Positions 9,215 to 20,034 of a stretch of 64,000 bases of DNA are shown piece after piece; position 1 is the stretch's first letter; each line of letters starts with the position of its first letter. The position numbers and the translations under genes are program-made. The stretch covers positions 1,280,001 through 1,344,000 of the forward strand of contig CAVTJJ010000004.1 in NCBI GenBank assembly GCA_963735035.1. Direction: 5' to 3'. This DNA is from an uncultured candidate division Zixibacteria bacterium. GTDB taxonomy: Bacteria > Zixibacteria > MSB-5A5 > GN15 > FEB-12. The notes below the pieces were generated by a model. It ran no database searches and had not been told where the DNA came from. It saw only the letters and a list, made by a program, of their open reading frames with translations.

Positions 9215-11509
9215 ATGGCCAAGAATCTTGTCATAGTCGAATCACCCGCCAAATCTCGCACCCTGAGCCGCTTCCTGGGGAAGGATTTTGATATCCTTTC
9301 GACGGTCGGTCACGTGATCGATCTCCCCAAGTCGTCACTCGGGGTGGATGTAGACAATGACTTTCTACCGGCTTACACGGTCATCGACGGCAAAGAGAAG
9401 ATTCTCGCCAAGCTCCGCAAAGCGGCCGCGAGCGCCGAGACCGTTTATCTGGCGCCCGATCCGGACCGCGAGGGAGAGGCTATCGCCTGGCATGTGGCCA
9501 ACAATCTGACCGGCAAGGCCAAGGTTCATCGGGTTACTTTCAACGAAATCACCAAGACCGCGGTTACCGAAGCGATCAAGAATCCCCGCGAGATTGACAT
9601 CGACCTGGTCAACGCCCAGCAGGCGCGGCGTGTGCTCGACCGTCTGGTCGGCTATCTGGTATCACCTTTCCTGTGGAAGACCGTGGCCCGCAATCTTTCG
9701 GCCGGGCGCGTTCAATCGGTCGCGCTTCGTTTGGTGTGCGAGCGTGAAGTCGAAATCGCCGCCTTCATACAGCAGGAATATTGGAGGATTAGCGCCAATC
9801 TTTCCAACGGCGCCAAAGAAATGTTCTGGGCGTCGCTGTTCAAGATCGACGGCCAATCGGTCGTAAAGGCCGGCGAAGAAACCAAGAACAGCATTGTTAT
9901 CACCAGTGAAGCCCAGGCGCGAGCCATCGAGAAAGATCTCGGTTTGCAGAAATTCAAAGCGCTCGAGATCAAGCGCACCGAGCGAGTCCGCCGCCCACCG
10001 GCGCCTTTTATTACTTCGACTCTGCAGCAGGAAGCGGCCAAGGTTCATGGTATGTCGCCGAAACGTACGATGGCGGTCGCGCAGGCTCTCTACGAAGGTG
10101 TGGAACTGGGCAAAGAAGGGCCGACCGGTCTGATAACTTACATGAGAACCGATTCGACCCGTGTGGCCGCCGAGGCCCTGACCGCGGTTCGCGAACACAT
10201 CGTAAGCGAGTACGGGAAAGACTATCTTCCGGGTAAACCCAAATTCTACGGCAAACAGAAACAGGCTCAGGATGCCCACGAGGCCATTCGTCCTACCTAT
10301 CTGAATCTGCCGCCTGACAAGATCAAGAAGAACCTGACCGCGCAGCAATACAAACTCTATCGTTTGATTTGGAATCGGTTTGTCGCCTCACAGATGAATG
10401 ACGCCCTCTACGATGTCGAGACGGTCGATATCTCCGGCGGCAAGTATCTGCTGAGAGCCAGAGCACAACGTTTGAGATTCGACGGCTTCCTCAAGGTCTA
10501 CCAGGAGGAAAAGGAACCGGACGAGAATGGCAACGGTGAAAACGGTGAAGAGACCCTTCCGGAACTGAAGAACGGCGAAACCGTCAAGCTGGAAAAGACC
10601 GAAGCCGAGCAGTCATTCACCAAGCCACCGGCGCGATATTCCGAAGCCATGTTGGTGAAACGTCTCGAAGCCGATGGTATCGGCCGCCCGTCGACCTATG
10701 CCATGATTATTTCGACGCTCAAAGACCGCAAGTATGTCGAACTGACCGAGAAGAAACTGCATCCGACCGATCTGGGTACCACTGTCAACGGGATCCTGGT
10801 CGAACATTTCCCGAAGATTTTCAACGTGCAATTCACGGCCGGGATGGAATTGGAACTCGACCTGGTGGAAGAGGGCAAAGACAACTGGGTCGACGTCATC
10901 CGCAAATTCTACGATCCGTTCAGTGAACAGTTGGCGAGTCTGAAGGGGAAGGAAAAGCAGATCAAGGCGGCGATGGTCGAAACGACCGATATCGCCTGTC
11001 CCAAGTGCAGCAATCCCATGGTGATCAAGTGGGGTCGCAACGGTCGTTTTCTGGCTTGCTCGGGTTGGCCCAAGTGCAAATCGACTCAGCCTCTGCCTGA
11101 AGAAGCCGCCAAGAATCAGACCGACGAAAAGTGTGAAAAGTGCGGCTCGCCCATGGTTGTCAAGTCCGGCCGGTTTGGGCGTTTCATGGCCTGCTCTGCC
11201 TATCCCGACTGCAAGAACACGAAGCCGCTGACTTTGAAAATTGGCTGCCCCAAGAAAGACTGCAACGGCAAAGTTATCGAGAAGACCACGCGCACCAAGC
11301 GCACTTTCTACGGCTGCACCAACTATCCCAAATGCGATTTTGCCAGTTGGGATCGCCCGGTGGCCACCGCCTGCCCCGTCTGCAACAGCACTTATATGCT
11401 GCAGAAATCTTCGAAGGTTAAGGGCGAGTACCTGAAATGCCCCGAGTGCAAGCACGAGATGGTCGAAGAACAGGCCGCCGAAAACACCGCCGAAAACACC
11501 ACCGCCTAG
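9215..11509 (+). CDS. topA: DNA topoisomerase I (type IA) with C-terminal zinc ribbons
   Basis: LVIVESPAK, DPDREGE TOPRIM, SAGRVQS, LITYMRTDS catalytic Tyr, GIGRPSTY, repeated CPxC zinc ribbons. Confidence 0.98.
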   Translation: MAKNLVIVESPAKSRTLSRFLGKDFDILSTVGHVIDLPKSSLGVDVDNDFLPAYTVIDGKEKILAKLRKAAASAETVYLAPDPDREGEAIAWHVANNLTGKAKVHRVTFNEITKTAVTEAIKNPREIDIDLVNAQQARRVLDRLVGYLVSPFLWKTVARNLSAGRVQSVALRLVCEREVEIAAFIQQEYWRISANLSNGAKEMFWASLFKIDGQSVVKAGEETKNSIVITSEAQARAIEKDLGLQKFKALEIKRTERVRRPPAPFITSTLQQEAAKVHGMSPKRTMAVAQALYEGVELGKEGPTGLITYMRTDSTRVAAEALTAVREHIVSEYGKDYLPGKPKFYGKQKQAQDAHEAIRPTYLNLPPDKIKKNLTAQQYKLYRLIWNRFVASQMNDALYDVETVDISGGKYLLRARAQRLRFDGFLKVYQEEKEPDENGNGENGEETLPELKNGETVKLEKTEAEQSFTKPPARYSEAMLVKRLEADGIGRPSTYAMIISTLKDRKYVELTEKKLHPTDLGTTVNGILVEHFPKIFNVQFTAGMELELDLVEEGKDNWVDVIRKFYDPFSEQLASLKGKEKQIKAAMVETTDIACPKCSNPMVIKWGRNGRFLACSGWPKCKSTQPLPEEAAKNQTDEKCEKCGSPMVVKSGRFGRFMACSAYPDCKNTKPLTLKIGCPKKDCNGKVIEKTTRTKRTFYGCTNYPKCDFASWDRPVATACPVCNSTYMLQKSSKVKGEYLKCPECKHEMVEEQAAENTAENTTA

Positions 11510-11543
11510 TGATAGGTCAGCCTTTTTCAGTGTCGCGGTGTTC

Positions 11544-11572
11544 TTGACACGTCAGCCACCCATCTATATCTT
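11544..11572 (+). promoter_or_regulatory. sigma70-type promoter
   Basis: TTGACA-N17-TATCTT upstream of the PAS-LuxR gene; inverted repeat TACGAAGC...GCTTCGTA in the leader (~11595-11621). Confidence 0.55.
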
Positions 11573-11652
11573 TATCTGTAGGCACGCTGAATCATACGAA
11601 GCGTTTACTATGTGCTTCGTAACATGATCCGCCGTCATTTGGGCCCGAACTA

Positions 11653-13653
11653 ATGACTGGATCCTCATCGAATAACCGACCGCGCGACCGCGCCAACCAG
11701 GCAGGTCGTGGAGCGTCAGCGACGGCCGGTCCGGCAATTGTCATCCCTCAACCGACCGAATATTTGCTTGCAGCTCTTCATGACGTCCAGGACATGGTCT
11801 ATTTCCTGGACCTTAGGGGTCGAGCTTGCCGCTTCAATCCCGCCGGCTCCACACTGACGGGATACACGACTGACCAGCTTGACAACAAACTTCAGTTCAT
11901 ACAAGATCTCGTTCATCCGGACGACTTGCCGACGATGCGTCGGGCTCCCGAGAACGACATCCCACTGGTAGAAATAGACTATCGTCTTAAGAGGTGCAAC
12001 GGGACCATACGGTGGATGCACTCACACCGACTGGCCGCCAGAGACGAATCCGGCAAGCTGTGCGGCTACTTTTGTCTCGACCGCGATGTTACGGCACAGA
12101 AGGAAATTGACGTAGCTCTACGGAACGAAAGAGACCGCGCGCGCGAATACTTGAATATCGCCGGAGTCATCCTGGTAGCTATCGACGCCGAACAGAAAGT
12201 CACCATGATCAATCGCAAGGGGTGCGATACTCTGGGTTGCTCGGAATCCGAGATACTCGGCGCCAACTGGTTCGATACTTTTGTGCCGTCCCGGGATCGC
12301 GAGGCGACTCGCGATGCCTTCATACACCTGATGGGCGGCAGTCTTGAGACGGTAGAACACTTCGAGAATCGGTTGCTTGGCCGCGACGGGAAAGAACGCC
12401 TGGTATCCTGGCACAATACGCTCTTGCGCGGACCCGATGGAGCCATTGCCGGCACGCTCAGTTCGGGCGAGGACATTACGGAGAAACGACGGGCCCAGGA
12501 GCTGCTCCGACAGACCGAAGAACAATTCCGGGCGCTGTTTGAAGGCGCGGCAAGTTGCATCCTCTTTCTCGATGGTCGAACCATTCGATTCGCCAACGAC
12601 GCCATGCTCAAGACGTTCGGATACACCCGCATCGAATTGATCGGTGCGGATATTGAGCTTCTGCATGTTTCGTCGGAGATGTACGAACGGGCCTACGCTA
12701 CCGCTTTCCAGACGATTACGCAGAAAGGCTCCTGGCGTGGCGACTGGCCCCTAAGAAAGAAAGATGGTTCCGAGATATGGATGGATAACTATCTCACCCG
12801 TCTCTCCGGCGGTGGGATTGTGGCAGTTCTTCACGATATCACCGAACGTTTGCACGCGGAACGGACCTTGCGCCATCGTGAGGCCGAGCTCAGCAGCATC
12901 TTTCGCGCTGCCCCGGTGGGTATCGGGCTCACGGTGGAACGTGTCCTCAGGCAGGTCAATCAAAGGCTCTGCGACATGGTGGGGTACAGTCGTGAGGAGT
13001 TGATAGGGAAGAGCGCTCGCATACTCTATCCTGCCGACAGCGATTTCGAATACGTCGGCGCGGAGAAATATCGACAGATGGGCGAATGCGGTACCGGGAC
13101 AGTGGAGACCCGCTTTCTTTGCAGTGATGGCCACATCATGGATGTCCTGTTAAGCTCCACGCCGGTCGATCCGGAAGATTGGGCCAAGGGCATCACCTTC
13201 ACGGCGATGGATATCACCGAACGCAAGAAGAATGAGCAGGCTTTGCTCGAAAAGAACATTGCGTTGCGGGAAGTTCTAAACCAGATTTCTTCGGATCAGG
13301 AATCTATCCGCGAACAAATCGCCACCAATATCGACGAAGCGATTCTCCCGATGCTCGGTCGCCTTCAGGAACGGGCCAGTCCCGCCCAGGAAGTTCTCAT
13401 CAAACAACTGCGAAACGATTTCGAGCAGGTCAGCTCGCCGTTTCTGGAATTGCTGAAGAGACGACAACCACGATTGACCCCGCGGGAGACCGAAATCTGT
13501 CGCCTCATCAAGAGCGGTATGACCTCAAAGCAAATCGCCGAAACGCTGAACGTGTCCCTGGGAACCATACACAAGTACCGCGAGTTGATTCGCCGGAAAC
13601 TCGGCCTGGCCAATGTCGATGTCAATCTAACCAGCTATCTTCAGTCGCTCTGA
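11653..13653 (+). CDS. Multi-PAS (about 4 PAS/PAC) LuxR-type HTH one-component transcriptional regulator
   Basis: Four PAS/PAC modules ending DVT/DIT; C-terminal LTPRETEICRLIKSGMTSKQIAETLNVSLGTIHKYRELIRRKLG LuxR HTH. Confidence 0.9.
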   Translation: MTGSSSNNRPRDRANQAGRGASATAGPAIVIPQPTEYLLAALHDVQDMVYFLDLRGRACRFNPAGSTLTGYTTDQLDNKLQFIQDLVHPDDLPTMRRAPENDIPLVEIDYRLKRCNGTIRWMHSHRLAARDESGKLCGYFCLDRDVTAQKEIDVALRNERDRAREYLNIAGVILVAIDAEQKVTMINRKGCDTLGCSESEILGANWFDTFVPSRDREATRDAFIHLMGGSLETVEHFENRLLGRDGKERLVSWHNTLLRGPDGAIAGTLSSGEDITEKRRAQELLRQTEEQFRALFEGAASCILFLDGRTIRFANDAMLKTFGYTRIELIGADIELLHVSSEMYERAYATAFQTITQKGSWRGDWPLRKKDGSEIWMDNYLTRLSGGGIVAVLHDITERLHAERTLRHREAELSSIFRAAPVGIGLTVERVLRQVNQRLCDMVGYSREELIGKSARILYPADSDFEYVGAEKYRQMGECGTGTVETRFLCSDGHIMDVLLSSTPVDPEDWAKGITFTAMDITERKKNEQALLEKNIALREVLNQISSDQESIREQIATNIDEAILPMLGRLQERASPAQEVLIKQLRNDFEQVSSPFLELLKRRQPRLTPRETEICRLIKSGMTSKQIAETLNVSLGTIHKYRELIRRKLGLANVDVNLTSYLQSL

Positions 13654-13704
13654 TTTCTAGTCAGTAAGCCGCTTGTCCCCGGAGCCCGGTCGGGCCGAAA
13701 CCCT

Positions 13705-13733
13705 TTGACTGACCTGCTAAACTTTGATATTCT
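13705..13733 (+). promoter_or_regulatory. sigma70-type promoter, likely leaderless xerC mRNA
   Basis: TTGACT-N17-TATTCT with TG extended -10; ATG 13741 follows the -10 after a 7-nt gap. Confidence 0.6.
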
Positions 13734-13740
13734 GTTACTT

Positions 13741-14655
13741 ATGCTGAAGAAGATGCTCGCAGAATTCATTCAGGATCTAAGCGATAATCGAGGCCGATCC
13801 GCCCGGACGGTCGACGCGTACCGTCGCGACCTTGAACCGTGGGTGCAGTTTCTCTATCAGCAGCACACAGCGATGCCGAACGACCCCATGAACGCCCCTC
13901 TGTATTTGCGCGTCTACCTACGCAATCGCGGACAAGCGGGAGTGTCAAACCGTTCTTTGGCGCGGTTTCTGTCGGCACTCTCATCGTTTCAAAGATTCCT
14001 GTCTTTACGGAGCGGTTTGGAGAAATATCTCTTTCAGATTCCGCGTATCAAATTTGGCAGTCGACTGCCGAATTTCTTGCCCCAGAGCGATGCCGCCCGG
14101 CTTTTTGAGCACGGCAATGCCCGCGAAGACAAGCAGGGTTACGGTTACTGGCGCGACTACCTAATGATCGCCTTGCTGTACGTGACCGGGGTCCGTCGCG
14201 AAGAATTGGCCCACATAAAGCTCTCGGATATTGATCTACGCCAGGGGTTGATTCGCGTGATCGGCAAGGGGAACAAGGAACGGGTCGTTCCAATCGGCGA
14301 TACCACCCTGGCTGACCTGAAAGCATATATAGAACGCCGCCGGGAATTCGTGGGCGATTCGAACGTGCACAACGGTGTGCTGTTTCTGAACCTGAAGGGG
14401 GGAGCGCTGTCGGTCCGCTCAGTCGACCGACTGGTGAAGAATTTCGGGCGAGGGGAAGGACTCGATTTCACACCGCACACTTTGCGCCACTCATTTGCCA
14501 CGCACCTGATGGAGAACGGCGCCGACATGATGCTCATCAAAGAGATTCTCGGCCATGCGTCGCTGTCGACCACGCAGAAGTACACTCACGTCACGGCGGA
14601 GACACTGAAGAAAGTATATCGGACAGCACATCCCCGCTCCGGTTCGCGGAATTAG
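13741..14655 (+). CDS. xerC: Tyrosine recombinase XerC/XerD family
   Basis: [50 protein letters not shown]; classic position upstream of hslVU. Confidence 0.9.
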   Translation: MLKKMLAEFIQDLSDNRGRSARTVDAYRRDLEPWVQFLYQQHTAMPNDPMNAPLYLRVYLRNRGQAGVSNRSLARFLSALSSFQRFLSLRSGLEKYLFQIPRIKFGSRLPNFLPQSDAARLFEHGNAREDKQGYGYWRDYLMIALLYVTGVRREELAHIKLSDIDLRQGLIRVIGKGNKERVVPIGDTTLADLKAYIERRREFVGDSNVHNGVLFLNLKGGALSVRSVDRLVKNFGRGEGLDFTPHTLRHSFATHLMENGADMMLIKEILGHASLSTTQKYTHVTAETLKKVYRTAHPRSGSRN

Positions 14656-14663
14656 GACACAAT

Positions 14664-15200
14664 ATGAAAACCAGATCGACGACAATTATCGGACTTATTC
14701 ACAACGGCAAGGCGGCTATGGCCGGCGACGGTCAGGTATCGATGGATGATACGATCATGAAGGCCAAGGCGACCAAGATTCGCACGATGCAGGACGGCAA
14801 AGTGCTGGTCGGGTTCGCCGGTTCGGCGGCTGATTCGCTCGCACTGTTCGAACATTTCGAGCACAAGCTGGAAGAATATCGGGGCAATCTGCCGCGTGCG
14901 GCCATTGAACTGGCCAAGGAATGGCGCACCGACCGCATCCTGCGCCGACTCGAATCGGTCATCGCCGTGACCGATGGGGAGCACATCTTTCTGTTCAGCG
15001 GTAACGGCGACGTGATCGAGCCCGATGACGGTATCGTGGCGATAGGCTCCGGCGGGCCGTATGCACTGGCCGCCGCCCGGGCCCTGATCTTCGCCAATCC
15101 GAAATTGACCGCCGACAAGATCGTCCGCAAAGCCATAGAAATAGCCGCGGACATCTGTATCTTCACCAACGACAACATTGAGGTTGTTAACGTCAAATGA
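14664..15200 (+). CDS. hslV: ATP-dependent protease subunit HslV
   Basis: TTI N-terminal Thr nucleophile, [24 protein letters not shown]. Confidence 0.98.
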   Translation: MKTRSTTIIGLIHNGKAAMAGDGQVSMDDTIMKAKATKIRTMQDGKVLVGFAGSAADSLALFEHFEHKLEEYRGNLPRAAIELAKEWRTDRILRRLESVIAVTDGEHIFLFSGNGDVIEPDDGIVAIGSGGPYALAAARALIFANPKLTADKIVRKAIEIAADICIFTNDNIEVVNVK

Positions 15201-16570
15201 ACGACAATTATCCGCAGCCACGCGAGATCGTGGCGCATCTGGACAAGTACATCATCGGTCAGGACGCCGCCAAGAAATCCGTGGCCATTGCTCTGCGTAA
15301 CCGCTGGCGTCGTCAGAACGCGCCGCTGGAAATCCGCAGCGAGATCATGCCCAACAACATCATCATGATCGGCCCCACCGGAGTCGGCAAGACCGAAATC
15401 GCCCGGCGACTGGCTGATATGGCTGGCGCGCCGTTCCTCAAAGTTGAGGCGTCGAAGTTCACCGAAGTCGGTTATGTCGGCCGCGATGTCGAATCCATGG
15501 TCCGCGATCTCGTAGAAATCGCGGTGAACATGGTCAAGATGGAAATTGCCGGGAGCCATCATGTCAAGGCGGAACAGGCCATGGTCGAGCGACTTCTCGA
15601 TATGCTGGTCGGTCCGCCGCCACGGCGCCACCCGCCGGTCGATATCGGCAATGAGGGCGCTCCCGTTGACCATTCGGACGAAGCCGAACAGGCGGGTCGC
15701 ACGCGAGACAAATTCCGCGATATGTTGATCGCGGGCAAACTCGACGAACGAGAAGTGGAAATCGATGCCCCGCAGCGGAGCTTCCCGATTGTCGAAGTCT
15801 TTTCGCCACAGGGAGTCGAAGAGCTCGGCGTGAATTTCCAGGAAATGTTCTCGGGCATGATGCCCAAGCGTACCAAACGGCGCAAGATGACCGTCCGCGA
15901 TGCCCGCCAGTTCCTGCTCAACGAAGAACTCGATCGTCTGGTCAACATGGACGAAGTCATACCGTCGGCTCTCGACCGGGTGCAGGAGTCCGGGATCATC
16001 TTTGTCGATGAAATCGATAAGATCGTCGGCGGCGACAGCAAGGGCGGCCCCGATGTCAGCCGCGAGGGTGTTCAGCGGGACATTCTACCTATCGTCGAAG
16101 GGTGTGCCGTCATGACCAAGTACGGTATGGTACACACCGACCACGTTCTTTTCATCGCGGCGGGCGCCTTTCACGGCACTAATCCATCCGACCTGATCCC
16201 TGAACTACAGGGCCGTTTTCCCATCCGGGTCGAACTGGACAGCCTCACCGCTCATGACTTCGAGCGTATCCTGGTGGAACCCAAGGCCTCTCTGGTCAAA
16301 CAGTACAAGGCGCTCCTGGCGACTGAAGGAGTCAATCTTGAGTTCGATGAGGGCGCCATTCGGAAAATCGCGGAGATTGCCGAGCAGGTCAACACGCGTA
16401 CCGAGAACATCGGGGCGCGACGGCTGCACACGGTTATGACAACGCTGCTTGAAGATCTACTATATGAACCACCGGCAAAGAAACGCCGGGTCGTCATTAC
16501 GGCGCAGGCGGTAGACAAGAAGCTATCGGACATCGTCGAAGACGAAGATCTGAGTAGATACATTCTGTAA
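15197..16570 (+). CDS. hslU: ATP-dependent protease ATPase subunit HslU
   Basis: [54 protein letters not shown] terminus. Confidence 0.98.
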   Translation: MNDNYPQPREIVAHLDKYIIGQDAAKKSVAIALRNRWRRQNAPLEIRSEIMPNNIIMIGPTGVGKTEIARRLADMAGAPFLKVEASKFTEVGYVGRDVESMVRDLVEIAVNMVKMEIAGSHHVKAEQAMVERLLDMLVGPPPRRHPPVDIGNEGAPVDHSDEAEQAGRTRDKFRDMLIAGKLDEREVEIDAPQRSFPIVEVFSPQGVEELGVNFQEMFSGMMPKRTKRRKMTVRDARQFLLNEELDRLVNMDEVIPSALDRVQESGIIFVDEIDKIVGGDSKGGPDVSREGVQRDILPIVEGCAVMTKYGMVHTDHVLFIAAGAFHGTNPSDLIPELQGRFPIRVELDSLTAHDFERILVEPKASLVKQYKALLATEGVNLEFDEGAIRKIAEIAEQVNTRTENIGARRLHTVMTTLLEDLLYEPPAKKRRVVITAQAVDKKLSDIVEDEDLSRYIL

Positions 16571-16593
16571 GAGGGGAACGGAGGGGACAGGGC

Positions 16594-17310
16594 TCAGACG
16601 ATATATACGCGAACGTCACCGATGAAATGGTTGCTCGCGATATAAAGCTTGGCCTCGGCGTCGCCGTAGTTGGCCGTCTGGGCATCCAGCGAGTTGCCGA
16701 ATCCTGATGACCGCTTGCCCATCATTTCGATATCCCCGATAAAATTCGAACTCTGGGCAAACACCGCCATACCTTCCGGGGCGAGCACGCGCACGTCACC
16801 AATAAATCCGGATATGATCATCCGATTCAAACCGGGCGCCAGCTTGCCGCCGTGCAGCTTGACTTCGACATCCCCGACGAAACTGCTGACTTCGATATTC
16901 TGAAGGTCGAGACCACCGCAATCGACAAACATATCCCCGATGAACTTGTTGTATCGCAGCCGGCTGTCCTTGCCCGATTCGGGCGTAGCCGAAACTCTGG
17001 GATGGTCTGTGATCGAAGGGGGGACTGACGGTATTCCGGACGGTGGCATGCCGGGAGGCATGGTTCGGTCGTGTAAAGGCGATGACCCATGACGGGCGTG
17101 GGGGGAGGTTTCTGCTTCTCCGGCTCGGTCGGCCTGCTCACGGCTGCGAGACCGGGCGAGCAACCAGAGCCCCATGGCAATCAGAAAGAGCGGAAAGAGA
17201 TAGCCGAGTATTTGACCAAAAGTGAAAAACACAAAGCCCATGGTCCGGGCGAGCAGGAGCAACCCCAGGACTATGAAAACCACACCTATGATCCATTTCC
17301 GGCCGGACAT
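16594..17310 (-). CDS. LiaF-like cell-envelope stress membrane protein (DUF2154-type C-terminal domain)
   Basis: Two N-terminal TM helices, Pro-rich linker, repeated (F/I)IGD(V/M/I) beta-solenoid motifs. Confidence 0.8.
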   Translation of the reverse strand: MSGRKWIIGVVFIVLGLLLLARTMGFVFFTFGQILGYLFPLFLIAMGLWLLARSRSREQADRAGEAETSPHARHGSSPLHDRTMPPGMPPSGIPSVPPSITDHPRVSATPESGKDSRLRYNKFIGDMFVDCGGLDLQNIEVSSFVGDVEVKLHGGKLAPGLNRMIISGFIGDVRVLAPEGMAVFAQSSNFIGDIEMMGKRSSGFGNSLDAQTANYGDAEAKLYIASNHFIGDVRVYIV

Positions 17311-17553
17311 GACTGCTCTTTCGATCCTTTTCTACTACTTATTAGTACGCAATATCGTTGGCCGGGTTACGAGCCGCAAGGTTTTTGACCTCCTTAAGTG
17401 ACCGGACGGCAAGCGGCTTTGTTCAACTTATGAACAATCGCGGCGTAAACGAGGTCATATCGATCCGGCCTCGATCTCGCCTTGACTTGCTGCCGGGCTC
17501 AGATTTTATTCGGGGGATTTTGAGTAGCGAACATCAGCTTCTTAGGAGGAATA

Positions 17554-18459
17554 ATGCCCCGAACACTCTGCGAAATAACCGACTTCACGACCCAGGAAAT
17601 ATATGAGATCATGGATTTGTGCGGTCGGATGAAATCCGGTCAGATCCGGCCGCGGCCGCTTGAAGGCAAAGCCGTCGCCTGTATCTTTACGAAGGAATCG
17701 CTACGGACGCGAATCTCATTCGAGGTAGGCATCAACCAGCTCGGCGGACACCCCATTTACATTACCGACAAAGAAATAAAGCTCGGCCAGCGCGAATCGG
17801 TAGCGGACGCCGCCCGGGTGTTGTCGCGTTATGTCGGATTGATCATGATCCGGACCTTCGCCCATACCGACGTCACCGAACTGGCCAAATACGCCACCGT
17901 TCCGGTCGTTAACGGCCTGACCGATCTGGTCCATCCGTGCCAGATTCTGGGCGATTATTTCACGGCTATCGAACATCTGGGCAAGAAGGAACGATACTCG
18001 GTGGCGTACCTGGGTGACGGCAACAATATCACCAATAGCTGGCTGAATCTGGCGTCCCGGCTGCCGTTGGACCTCAGAGTAGGCACGTCCGGCGATACCC
18101 TCCCGAGCCCGGTTCATGTCGAGCGGGCCAGGTCAAATCGGGCCAGCGTGGTGCTGATTACCGACGATCCTAAAGAAGCGGTTCGGGGTGCCGATGTAGT
18201 CTATACGGATGTCTGGGCTTCAATGGGCCAGAAACATCTGGCAGAGGAAAAGGCAAGTAAACTAAAGAAGTTTCAGGTTAATAGCGCTCTGCTGGAGGAG
18301 GCCGGACCCGGGGCTATAGTGATGCACTGCCTGCCCGCCGAACGCGGCAAGGAAATCACCGACGAGGTGATGGACGGACCGCGATCGGTGGTGTTCGACG
18401 AGGCAGAGAACAGACTGCACATTCAGAAGGCAATCATGACCTTCCTGTTGCAGCACTGA
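17554..18459 (+). CDS. argF: Ornithine carbamoyltransferase
   Basis: SLRTR carbamoyl-phosphate loop, HPCQ, GDGNN, DVWASMG, HCLP, AENR; AGGAGG RBS. Confidence 0.95.
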   Translation: MPRTLCEITDFTTQEIYEIMDLCGRMKSGQIRPRPLEGKAVACIFTKESLRTRISFEVGINQLGGHPIYITDKEIKLGQRESVADAARVLSRYVGLIMIRTFAHTDVTELAKYATVPVVNGLTDLVHPCQILGDYFTAIEHLGKKERYSVAYLGDGNNITNSWLNLASRLPLDLRVGTSGDTLPSPVHVERARSNRASVVLITDDPKEAVRGADVVYTDVWASMGQKHLAEEKASKLKKFQVNSALLEEAGPGAIVMHCLPAERGKEITDEVMDGPRSVVFDEAENRLHIQKAIMTFLLQH

Positions 18460-18510
18460 GCCCGGATCCAATCCCGCCGGCTGGAGCGAGCAAATGAAAG
18501 GAGACGCTGC

Positions 18511-19362
18511 ATGCGTTCCAAGAAATCACTCCTCCTGGCGGGATTGGCCGCCTTCGTCGCAGTCACCTTCCTGGCGTTGGGGTGTTCAGATGACGACACA
18601 ACGACGCCGTCCACACCGACCACGCCGGCCGACAACAACGGCATCGAGACGGTCCTGCCGTTAGTTCAGACCCAGGTGCACCAGTATCTCGATTCTATAG
18701 TGGTCGAGATGGAAGCCGGTCTGAAGGTCGCTACTTTCACCGAGGCCGGAAGCAATAACGATATCGGCGATCTGTTCATGGGTGGAGGATACCCGGATTC
18801 TACCCGGACCGCCAATTCCTGGATCGTTTCGTATCTCACTGACCTGGGTTCAGGAGTGGGCACGAAGACTATCGTCGACTCCATTGCCTACATCGTCGGC
18901 GGCAATCTTAGCGTCACCGCGCATAACGCCGAAGCCATGTTCGCCCGGCACAAATTCAATTACCAGACCTCCGACACGGTCAACTCCTACACCGACCTGA
19001 CTAATCACGGCGATCTGCATATTACGGGCATCAATACCACGACCGCTACCGTCAACGGCACGTTCAACGTCGTGGTGGACAGTAAGCACATTTCCACTGA
19101 TTCTCTCGTCTGGAACAATTGGACGATAGACGTGACGACTAACAACCTGACCTTCGTCCGCACCAGTGATTCCTGGACGAACGGCTGTCCTAATTCGGGC
19201 ACCGCTACCGTAAACGTAGTCTGGGAGCGTACGCTGCCCAACAGTGTCCCGACCTACACGCAGTGGCAGTTCGACATAACTTTCACTGATGGCGTCATGG
19301 AAGCTGATGTAACTACCGGCAGTCTATCCGCCACATACGGCCGTACGCTCTGCACTCCGTAG
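18511..19362 (+). CDS. Hypothetical lipoprotein, Thr/Asn/Val-rich, probably beta-sheet
   Basis: Lipobox LALG-C, TTPSTPTTP linker, AAGGAG RBS, followed by a terminator. Confidence 0.8.
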   Translation: MRSKKSLLLAGLAAFVAVTFLALGCSDDDTTTPSTPTTPADNNGIETVLPLVQTQVHQYLDSIVVEMEAGLKVATFTEAGSNNDIGDLFMGGGYPDSTRTANSWIVSYLTDLGSGVGTKTIVDSIAYIVGGNLSVTAHNAEAMFARHKFNYQTSDTVNSYTDLTNHGDLHITGINTTTATVNGTFNVVVDSKHISTDSLVWNNWTIDVTTNNLTFVRTSDSWTNGCPNSGTATVNVVWERTLPNSVPTYTQWQFDITFTDGVMEADVTTGSLSATYGRTLCTP

Positions 19363-19388
19363 TCAGTACGAGCAGCAGTAAATAAATG

Positions 19389-19420
19389 CCCGGCAGATGA
19401 CTCATCTGCCGGGTTTTTTC
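19389..19420 (+). terminator. Intrinsic terminator
   Basis: CCCGGCAGATGA/TCATCTGCCGGG inverted repeat followed by a T6 tract. Confidence 0.85.
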
Positions 19421-19461
19421 TTGGGATTGACTTGACGCTTCCTGACGGCTATGCTCCGATC

Positions 19462-19896
19462 ATGAAGGAAATAGTTCGATACAAGAATTGCTTTGTGTGC
19501 GGCCACGACAATCCCCACGGTCTCAAAGCCCGTTTCTTCGAGCATGACGGCGGAGCCGTGACCGAACTGACCGCCGAGCCGCACTTCGAAGGATATCAGG
19601 GTTTGTATCACGGCGGAATCCTGGCGAGTCTGCTCGATGAAGTAATGATCAAGGCGGTGCTGTCTCGAGGGGTATTCGCGGTAACCGCCGAAATGACGGT
19701 TCGGTTCAAGAAGCCGATTCCGACCGGCACCAAACTCCGTCTCACCGGAAAAATTACCGGCGCAAAGAAGAGAGTGTACACTACAACCGGAGAAGCTCTA
19801 GGCCCGGACGGTACCATCTTCGCCACCGCGACCGGCACCTATATTCAGGCACGAGAAGAACTCAAGGACCAGCTTGTCAGGTCAATCGACTCCTGA
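19462..19896 (+). CDS. PaaI-family hotdog-fold thioesterase
   Basis: CFVCGHDNPHGL, HGGILASLLDE, TAEMTVRFKKP; start placed at ATG 19462, downstream of TTGACT-N17-TATGCT (19427-19455). Confidence 0.9.
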   Translation: MKEIVRYKNCFVCGHDNPHGLKARFFEHDGGAVTELTAEPHFEGYQGLYHGGILASLLDEVMIKAVLSRGVFAVTAEMTVRFKKPIPTGTKLRLTGKITGAKKRVYTTTGEALGPDGTIFATATGTYIQAREELKDQLVRSIDS

Positions 19897-19965
19897 TTAC
19901 CAATCTGGTTCTCAAATAGTGAAATCTAATGACCATCCGGCAGGTTGCGCTCCAAATAGATGGCG

Positions 19966-20020
19966 TAACGTGTTGATATGCCATAGCATAGGCACAAGCC
20001 CCGGTCGGCACCAGGCTTGC
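19966..20020 (+). promoter_or_regulatory. sigma54 (-24/-12) promoter with upstream IHF site
   Basis: CGGCAC-CAGGC-TTGC at 20006-20020 (GG-N10-GC); TAACGTGTTGATA at 19966-19978 is the reverse complement of the IHF consensus WATCAANNNNTTR. Confidence 0.6.
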
Positions 20021-20034
20021 TCCATCAACCTGTA

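Noticed and set aside
11477..11500. 12-bp tandem repeat GCCGAAAACACC x2 at the topA 3' end
   Set aside because: Short in-frame duplication (AENT AENT) in a disordered tail, with no array structure
13741..14655. Phage or island integrase
   Set aside because: Size, motifs and position before hslVU fit housekeeping XerC; no att repeats or mobile genes nearby
17554..18459. N-acetyl- or N-succinylornithine transcarbamylase, suggested by SLRTR
   Set aside because: The DxxxSMG loop and HCLPAxRG are those of canonical ornithine carbamoyltransferase
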